From NCBI GenBank assembly GCA_965227275.1, contig CBDDFU010000001.1, forward strand, positions 3,378,764-3,442,763: 64,000 nucleotides of DNA, read 5' to 3'. The position numbers and the translations under genes were made by a program. The number at the start of each line of letters is the position of its first letter. Position 1 is the stretch's first letter. This document shows, piece by piece, positions 57,563 through 64,000 of this stretch. The DNA is from Pirellulales bacterium. GTDB lineage: Bacteria > Planctomycetota > Planctomycetia > Pirellulales > JAEUIK01. The notes below the pieces were generated by a model. That model did no database searches. It had not been told where the DNA came from and saw nothing but the letters and a program-made list of their open reading frames with translations.

Positions 57563-57986
57563 ATCAGCGACTGGACCCTCAGAGCACCGAAAGGACACGT
57601 GGGTGCCTCTGTGCTTTTAACCGCTGACGCTTCTTGCGATTCGGAGTTTCGACAGCATCAAGTCGATGTCGTCGTGTGCTCATTTGGCTATTGGAGTGCA
57701 AGAGTCAAACAAAGCACTTCATATCTGGGCCGACGCGGAAAAAAACTGGCACCCCCCTGGGCTTGCATGCTACATGACCTCAATACCCTTCGCAAACTTC
57801 CGGTAACGCCACCATTGATAAACTCCCGACGTGTCCCTTACATCTGGTTCACATCGACGTTGAATAGTTACTCAGTCTGATTGTCTTCGCGCAGACAAGA
57901 GGCTCTCCACCGGCGGGTGAAGAGCCTTTGTCTTTAGGTGTGTGAGCAGTGTTAACTTCCAGTTTCCATGCGGCGACACAGGCGGA

Positions 57987-58799
57987 CTAGCTTCGGCGTG
58001 TTCTCCTCCAGATGCCAAGGCAGACAACACCCAGGGCCAACAACAATGCCGACGACGGTTCGGGCACTTCAACTACTTCGAAAATAGAGGTACCCGTGGC
58101 TAAGTCGAGATTCGTCAGGCTGAACTCGATTTCCAGACCCAAGCTTGTTCCCACGGCACCAACCGCGGTTGGTCCGAAACTGGCGTTCGTCGATACTGTT
58201 TCCCCAGCAGTGGACACATTCAAGGCTGTGCCTGCCAGCAACTCACCCGCACTAAAGACACCGCCGTCCACTTCAGGGGTGTAAATCGGTGCGCCCCCGG
58301 CAGAAGACAGAGAGCCGGTTCCCGAGTTAAACACGTCTTGAATCGCCAAGGCGATCGAGCCCGTACCAACGCCGTTCGCGACGGCAGGAGCGATCGGTTG
58401 AAGAAAGTTCAGCGTGAAGGTGGTTGTGCTACCGGTGAAGTTGAACACATTGATCACACCGGTGACGAAGGGGTCGGCGTTGGTCTCCAGGTCCCATGAA
58501 AGATCGACACCGTACATTCCACCGGTTTCGGCTTGGTAGGTGGCGTAGTCGGGGTCACTGGCGTCGACGGCACCAAGGTCAACGAACTGAGAGCCATTAC
58601 TTTCGAAGTGCCCGGGACTTCCGTTCGGTGAAAACGGGATTTCAACCGTGTTCCCGCCAAAGGTCAGCGTGACCGTCGGTTCCTCGAATGTCGGATTAGG
58701 ATCCGCCATCGCGGGTACGACCACTGCCGTTGCAAACGCTGCCGCCACAGCGAATCGCAGTACGTGTTGTCGAGATACGTGCCGAAGAAAAAGCCGCAT
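57987..58799 (-). CDS. PEP-CTERM sorting-domain protein
   Basis: 270 aa from ATG 58799. Signal peptide MRLFLRHVSRQHVLRFAVAAAFATAVVVPAMA. C-terminus VPEPSSALLLALGVVCLGIWRRTRRS (PEP motif + TM + Arg cluster). Confidence 0.8.
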   Translation of the reverse strand: MRLFLRHVSRQHVLRFAVAAAFATAVVVPAMADPNPTFEEPTVTLTFGGNTVEIPFSPNGSPGHFESNGSQFVDLGAVDASDPDYATYQAETGGMYGVDLSWDLETNADPFVTGVINVFNFTGSTTTFTLNFLQPIAPAVANGVGTGSIALAIQDVFNSGTGSLSSAGGAPIYTPEVDGGVFSAGELLAGTALNVSTAGETVSTNASFGPTAVGAVGTSLGLEIEFSLTNLDLATGTSIFEVVEVPEPSSALLLALGVVCLGIWRRTRRS

Positions 58800-58920
58800 G
58801 AACTTCTCTCCTGATGTTGAACTCAGCTCACTAGCGAAGCCTTGTCTTTCGTTGAAATTCAAGACAAAAAAGTACTCACACAAATATATTTGCCGCTTCC
58901 TCTTTCCTCAGCATCTACAG

Positions 58921-59742
58921 TCATTCGGCTCGTCGCCGGCGATAGCTGCAGATGCCGAGAACCACAAATCCCACACCCATCAGTAACATGCTCGATGGCT
59001 CGGGCACGACCGCATAGAAATTGGAATTAAACGATGCGGTCGCCTCGGGATCGAGCGTGAATCGCCATGCAATGCCGACGCTGTTGTTCACAGGCCCGCC
59101 CGGCTCAGTTGGGTTGGCAGCAGGACCACCAAAATTGTCGTCGGCCGTAATGCTCACCGACGGTTGAAGATTGAACGACTGTGGGCCAGGGAGTAATGGC
59201 ATGAAATCGCTACCATCGATTTGACTAACGTACAGGGCGCCATTACCGATTGAACCGTAGGTTGTGCCGATAGGACCACTGGCCGTTTGTTCGGTAACGC
59301 CACGAGTTACCGAGGCGAGGAAGTTCGCCGGGTCCGTCAAGGTAAACGTGACGCGATACTCATGCTGCTGTGCAGATGTGTTGGTGATTCCCATCCCAGG
59401 AATGATCGCGCGTGTGTCACGATTCCCCGTGATGGAAGAAATGCCGCTGATCGCGGCCATCGTTAGCTGGTTCGTGAATTGGCCGGGAAGCAACTCGGCA
59501 CCAAGGCCATAGTAACCTCCGTTGTTGGTCGAGAATCCCAGGCCGAAGTAGTTTTCTGGGTTCTGGAAGTCCTGGTTCAGAAAAACCGGAATGACTTCGG
59601 TATGTAAACCGTTGTCCACATCAATAGTGACGGATGCAACCGGGGCAGCTTCTACGACTGCCAAGCCGAGGCTCATACAAAATAGAGCCGCGCAGACCAT
59701 GAGGGTCGGCAGAGGACTAATTCGCGTTGTGCGGCGCCTCAC
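58921..59742 (-). CDS. PEP-CTERM sorting-domain protein
   Basis: C-terminus VPEPSSMLLMGVGFVVLGICSYRRRRAE. Signal peptide RRRTTRISPLPTLMVCAALFCMSLGLAVVEA. The start is uncertain (GTG 59742, ATG 59700 or GTG 59820). Confidence 0.75.
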   Translation of the reverse strand: MRRRTTRISPLPTLMVCAALFCMSLGLAVVEAAPVASVTIDVDNGLHTEVIPVFLNQDFQNPENYFGLGFSTNNGGYYGLGAELLPGQFTNQLTMAAISGISSITGNRDTRAIIPGMGITNTSAQQHEYRVTFTLTDPANFLASVTRGVTEQTASGPIGTTYGSIGNGALYVSQIDGSDFMPLLPGPQSFNLQPSVSITADDNFGGPAANPTEPGGPVNNSVGIAWRFTLDPEATASFNSNFYAVVPEPSSMLLMGVGFVVLGICSYRRRRAE

Positions 59743-60196
59743 TAGCGTTCTCCTCGCGACAAAAGATTTCCCTACCTTCGGCAGATGGGCCCTCAACCTT
59801 TGCCCAGCTAGCACACCCACCTATCTGGACGGTGCGGATCTAGTCCACAAAAAGCCAGGATTGACACGGAAATTAACAATGCCGGACCAGGCAGTCAAGA
59901 AAATTCTCAAATAAATCCAAGTAAATTGATCTTTTGCGCTAGTCCATCAGACCAAACGAAACCGGGATGCAGCCGAAAGCCACTCGATCCAGTGAGAGTT
60001 CAAAGGGAACCGACGGAGTGTGGCAAAACCAACGTTTCACTCGGGAATTGGATCCGTTTTTAAGGGCCACTACCTTCCCACCGACCTCCCCATCTCGCTG
60101 AAAAAGCTAGGCTTCCCTTGGTGAAAGGAAGTTCGACCTCAGCGAGTCACTCCATCTGTAGAGGGGTGGCCATCTCGATTCAGAGGGAGCCCTATC

Positions 60197-61534
60197 GTGC
60201 AAGCAACCGAAACACAGCCGACCCCGGAAACTGGGCTGCTGGCCTCGCTATTGGCCGAGCAGAGCTTCCTGCCCTCTGCCCCTGAATCGATTGAGCAAAC
60301 CGGGCTCAGCGACACCCTCATCGAGTCGTTGATCTGCAAGCTGTTACTCACCGTCGGGACTGCCAGCGGGCGGACCATCGCCGAAAGGATATGTATCCCC
60401 TTCGGAGTGCTCGAAGAGCTGCTGCTCTCGCTTCGGGGTCGACAGATACTTTGCCATACCGGCTCAGCCGCGCTTAACGATTATCGCTACGCGCTCACCG
60501 ATACGGGACACGCTCGTGCACAGTCATATATGCAGTCTTGTGCGTATGTCGGTCCTGCCCCGGTTCCGCTGGAAGACTATCTCATGTCGGTCGAGGCTCA
60601 GACCATCCGTGCCGAGGCACCCAAGCGGAAGGCTTTGGAAGACGCCTTCGCAAAGATCAGCATCGATAGCGACCTGTTCGAGAACCTGGGGCCAGCGATC
60701 AACTCAGGCGCTGGGTTGTTTCTCTACGGCGAACCCGGCAACGGAAAATCGACGCTCGCCAAATGCATCACCATGTGTTTTGGGCAGCACGTCTGGATTC
60801 CCAGCGCCATTATCGAGGATGGGCAACTCATCAAATTCTTCGACGGGGTCTATCACGAAGCTGCCCCGCAACCCAAGAACGGGCTCATCAAGTCGCAGAA
60901 TCACGACCCCCGATGGGTCAAGGTTCGCCGTCCGACGGTCATTGTCGGTGGTGAACTTACGATGGACAGCCTCGAAATTCGCCACGACCCTCGGGCGAAT
61001 GTCAGCGAAGCACCACTGCAGCTGAAAAGCAATTGCGGACTGCTGCTCATCGACGACTTTGGCCGCCAACGCATCGAACCGGCCGAGTTGCTCAATCGCT
61101 GGATCGTTCCGCTGGAGAGTCACACCGACTTTCTCACACTGGCAAACGGAAAGAAGATCCAGGTCCCCTTCGATCAGTTGATCATCTTCTCGACCAATCT
61201 CGATCCGGAAGATCTGGTCGACGAAGCCTTCCTGCGTCGCATTCCCTACAAGATCAACATCGGCGACCCTGGCGAAGAGGAATTCCAAAATCTCTTTGAA
61301 CTGTATTGCAACTCCTTCGACTGTGAGTACCGCCCGGACGTCGTCGAGAGCTTGTTGGAAAAACACTATCGAGCAGAAGGTCGCCCTCGCCGTCGTTGTC
61401 ATGCACGCGATTTGTTGCAGCAGGTTCGCAATCTGTGTGCCTACAACGACTGGCCGCTTGAGATGAAGCTGGAGTACTTCGATCGCGTAGTCAGTTCCTA
61501 CTTCACCATGCTCAAGGGACGCGACGCTCAGTAG
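60197..61534 (+). CDS. AAA+ ATPase with N-terminal helical (winged-helix-like) domain
   Basis: 445-aa ORF (GTG start). Walker A GEPGNGKST, Walker B LLLIDDFGRQ, sensor-1-like IIFSTNL, Arg-finger-like EAFLRRIPYKI. Confidence 0.75.
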   Translation: MQATETQPTPETGLLASLLAEQSFLPSAPESIEQTGLSDTLIESLICKLLLTVGTASGRTIAERICIPFGVLEELLLSLRGRQILCHTGSAALNDYRYALTDTGHARAQSYMQSCAYVGPAPVPLEDYLMSVEAQTIRAEAPKRKALEDAFAKISIDSDLFENLGPAINSGAGLFLYGEPGNGKSTLAKCITMCFGQHVWIPSAIIEDGQLIKFFDGVYHEAAPQPKNGLIKSQNHDPRWVKVRRPTVIVGGELTMDSLEIRHDPRANVSEAPLQLKSNCGLLLIDDFGRQRIEPAELLNRWIVPLESHTDFLTLANGKKIQVPFDQLIIFSTNLDPEDLVDEAFLRRIPYKINIGDPGEEEFQNLFELYCNSFDCEYRPDVVESLLEKHYRAEGRPRRRCHARDLLQQVRNLCAYNDWPLEMKLEYFDRVVSSYFTMLKGRDAQ

Positions 61535-61577
61535 TCCTCTGCCGTCGAAGAACGCTCCAGGCTTGCCTCGCCCGCGC

Positions 61578-63002
61578 CTACGAAGCCGTCGCTTCGATCC
61601 CTGCGGAGATCTGCTCGTGGCGTGTTCGCTGATCTTCCGGAGTGTTTCTGCGGCAACGCACCGGTTCGACCAACGCAGTTAGCCCCTCGCGGGTGATGAT
61701 GCCCACGGGTCGCTCTTCTTCGACGACCACGATCTCGGAGTTAGGGCGATTGATGAAGAACTCGAACAGTTCGCTGAACGGGGTTCGGCTCTCGAAGGCC
61801 ACGGCTTCGAAGTCCGCAGTCTCAACGATCGTCGCATGAGAGGTACTTTCTGTGCATCCTTCGAGCAAGTGCTCGATGGAAACAAAACCCAGCAGTTCGC
61901 CGCGATCACCCGCAATCGGTGCTCCCATCGAGCCGGAGCAGCGCAGCAGTCGAAGTGCATTGGCGGCCGAATCATTCGACTTCAGCACAATCGGGCAGGG
62001 TGTCATCACATCGCGGGCGACCGTGTTCTCAAACATGCGACCGGGGGCTGCAAGATTTCGGAGAATTGCATCTTCCTCGGAGAATTCACCCTCGCAGGCC
62101 ACACAGTTGCGGCCCGATTGCTTGGCGATCCGCGTCACATCCAGGGCACGATTCAAAAGAGCTTCGCTCCCGGATTCCAGTTCCGTCGAAGCTGCTGGCT
62201 CCGAAACAACCCCGATGCTTACGGTTACCGAGGGAGGGGTTGATTCCGCTGCCGACGACCCCATGGCAATCTCGCTCCGAAGCCGCTCTGCCCAGGTGCG
62301 AGCTTCTTCAGACCCCAACCCGGGCAAAGTCACGGCGAACAGGTCACCTTGGATTCGACCCACGGTTTGCCCCGGACCACAAGCTTTGAGTAGCTGCTCG
62401 GCAATCCGCAGAACGACTTCATCGCCGATATTTCGTCCATGAAGCCGATTCGTTTTCGTAAGGAAGTCGATCCCGCAAACGGCGCAGGCCACCGGTCTGC
62501 CACTGGGCTTAGCGGCCTTGCGATGTTCTTCTAGTGCCTGCAGGAAGCTCTCGCGACCACTCAACCCGGTCAACGGGTCGATGTAGGTAGCATCGCGTCG
62601 GGCCGCTGAGCTGAGCCGCACGGCGGCGCGAAGTCTGGCCAACAATTCTCCGTGAACCAAGGGTTTGGCCAGAAAGTCGTCGAACCCACTGGCCGTCGCT
62701 TGCAGTAGCGACGTAGTCGAAAAATCGTCGGCGACCAGCATGACGAAAGCTTCTGAGATGACGCTATGAGAGCGGATCGAATGGCAAAGCTCCAGGTATT
62801 CTCGCTGCCCAAGTTCGTCGTCGATCAAAACCACGTTGGGTTCCACGGCTTCGAGCGCATCCAACGCACCTTCGTGCGAAGAAGCCTGGGTGACCGGGTA
62901 CCCGAACATTTCGAGAAACCTCGAAACTTGTCGCAGCAATGAACGATTGGGCGAAACCAGAAGAACCCGGGGGATCTGTCGTCTTGCCGTCATTCGGGCC
63001 AT
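61578..63002 (-). CDS. Response regulator with degenerate GGDEF domain and C-terminal CBS pair
   Basis: REC (VLLVSPNRSLL...NVVLIDDEL). GGDEF-type fold (DPLTGLSGRESF...GRNIGDEVVLRIAEQL...VTVSIGV) whose active-site motif reads QGDLF. Two CBS-like segments follow. Start is ATG 63002 or 62993; the ORF-track GTG at 63044 is possible. Confidence 0.8.
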   Translation of the reverse strand: MARMTARRQIPRVLLVSPNRSLLRQVSRFLEMFGYPVTQASSHEGALDALEAVEPNVVLIDDELGQREYLELCHSIRSHSVISEAFVMLVADDFSTTSLLQATASGFDDFLAKPLVHGELLARLRAAVRLSSAARRDATYIDPLTGLSGRESFLQALEEHRKAAKPSGRPVACAVCGIDFLTKTNRLHGRNIGDEVVLRIAEQLLKACGPGQTVGRIQGDLFAVTLPGLGSEEARTWAERLRSEIAMGSSAAESTPPSVTVSIGVVSEPAASTELESGSEALLNRALDVTRIAKQSGRNCVACEGEFSEEDAILRNLAAPGRMFENTVARDVMTPCPIVLKSNDSAANALRLLRCSGSMGAPIAGDRGELLGFVSIEHLLEGCTESTSHATIVETADFEAVAFESRTPFSELFEFFINRPNSEIVVVEEERPVGIITREGLTALVEPVRCRRNTPEDQRTRHEQISAGIEATAS

Positions 63003-63419
63003 CTCCCTGTGAATTGATTCGGAGGCGCAGACAATCCGCGGCACGGCGTACAGCCAACTCGTGTCACGTGGATTCTCTCGAAGCAGTTGTCGAACGTCCT
63101 GGGAACCCAGGTCGCGTCGGTAGAGAAGCGATGATTGGTCACCGACGCATTAGAAGTGTACGTCAAAACTTTAGCGAAATAACTGGTACGACCGGATCCA
63201 TACGAACCATCGGAGTCTTCGGCAAGGATGCCGTGGTCCGGGCGATTTGCGGGCTATATTTTTGGTGCGACTTCTAGCTTTCCTCTTCGCAGCGAAATTG
63301 AGAACAACATTTCATCAACGCGACAGGCGACTGCCGTGTTGATATCCCCGTCCATCGTCGACGGCTTTCGTACATACACATCGAACAAACAGCCGCAGGA
63401 CGTGTTTCAGCGAGATCTG

Positions 63420-64000
63420 ATGAGGACTCAATTAATCAACGAACGTCGTAGTGCCACTGCCTACCTCGAGCCATGCGCCGCGGGGCCAGACGCACCTGAG
63501 AGAATCACGCTCGAGGCGTTGCCGATGGTCATGGGGCGCGATGAATCGGCCGACTTGCAGATCGATTCCGGCCGTGTGTCCCGGCAGCATGCAGCCATCT
63601 CGCTCGATGGGAAGTCTTATCTCATTCGAGACTTGGGCAGCACGAACGGCACATTCGTCAACGGCGCACGGATCGATGAGGCGACGCTCTCCAGCGGAGA
63701 CATGCTGGCGATCGCAGACGTGGAATTCACGTTTTGCATCCCAGGCGACGAGCTGAATCGTGCGACCGCGACACAGGTGCTCGAGGATGATCACAGCCAT
63801 GAGGCTGCGGTGGCCGAGCCTTGGGAAATCGTGCGACAGATCCGCTGCCTGCACGAAATGTTGGCCGGTCGGGCCATCGCCACGCATTACCAAGCGATCG
63901 TGGATCTTGAAACGAACGACACCGTGGGGTTCGGTGCCCGCGACTGTGAGCCGGAAACTCCGCAGATCGAACTGGGCCTGATCAGTGGTCTGGAAGGACC
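63420..64000 (+). CDS. FHA-domain protein, 3' end cut by the window (downstream part resembles the start of an EAL domain)
   Basis: My own translation of frame 3 from ATG 63420 is open to the window end, so it is absent from the ORF track. FHA core MGRDESADLQIDSGRVSRQHAAISLDGKSYLIRDLGSTNGTFVNGARI, then HYQAIVDLETNDTVGF resembling the YQPIVDL start of EAL domains. Confidence 0.75.
   Translation, partial: MRTQLINERRSATAYLEPCAAGPDAPERITLEALPMVMGRDESADLQIDSGRVSRQHAAISLDGKSYLIRDLGSTNGTFVNGARIDEATLSSGDMLAIADVEFTFCIPGDELNRATATQVLEDDHSHEAAVAEPWEIVRQIRCLHEMLAGRAIATHYQAIVDLETNDTVGFGARDCEPETPQIELGLISGLEG

Noticed and set aside
63432-63893. 153-aa minus-strand ORF and plus-strand ORFs 63451-63756 / 63760-63981 from the ORF track.
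   Set aside because: A different plus-strand frame (from ATG 63420, open to the window end) encodes a textbook FHA domain. The listed ORFs overlap it in other frames and have no motifs.
1-64000. Looked for CRISPR arrays, rRNA/tRNA genes, IS elements, integrases, phage structural genes and toxin-antitoxin pairs.
   Set aside because: No short regularly spaced repeats, no transposase/integrase-like translations (DDE, Tyr-recombinase motifs), and no RNA gene signatures were seen. The window looks like core chromosome with accessory-type surface and signalling genes rather than a mobile island.

Overview
64-kb, densely coding chromosomal segment. GC is roughly 55-65% in the 60-nt lines I sampled, with a few AT-richer patches. 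I support about 43 CDS on both strands. I could not recognise any rRNA, tRNA, CRISPR array, transposase, integrase or prophage genes. The gene content points to a Planctomycetota (Pirellulales-like) genome (inference). It includes two PSCyt/DUF1549/DUF1553 + DUF1501 gene pairs, a PA14-pentaheme cytochrome, 'membrane-bound dehydrogenase'/HEAT/cytochrome c proteins, a Ser/Thr kinase beside an ECF sigma factor, a 1900-aa secreted S8-protease/RTX protein with an LEPLESRLLLA N-terminus, and two PEP-CTERM proteins. Candidates most worth follow-up: (1) 25975-29440, a same-strand membrane cluster. A Tes/GDGT-MAS-like multi-cluster radical SAM enzyme is translationally coupled to a non-canonical Lgt-family transferase whose GNFxNxE motif is replaced by GCFVGGCCYG, suggesting an uncharacterised lipid-modifying module. 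(2) 49531-59742, a five-gene same-strand cluster: 2 PEP-CTERM proteins, the giant S8/RTX protein, a CapK/PaaK-like adenylating ligase and an unknown 238-aa protein. No exosortase is in the window. (3) 20852-25689, an ATGA-coupled SbcD/SbcC (YhaO/YhaN-like) nuclease-ATPase pair. The ATPase has a membrane hairpin inside the coiled coil and an unassigned ~265-aa C-terminal extension, and a PAS histidine kinase lies downstream. (4) 7726-8158, a tandem ~165-bp structured non-coding repeat with two conserved hairpins, between convergent genes. (5) A divergent STK/ECF-sigma pair. (6) A redox neighbourhood (38352-46931) with several translationally coupled genes. All family assignments come from motif recognition by eye. 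No database search was run.
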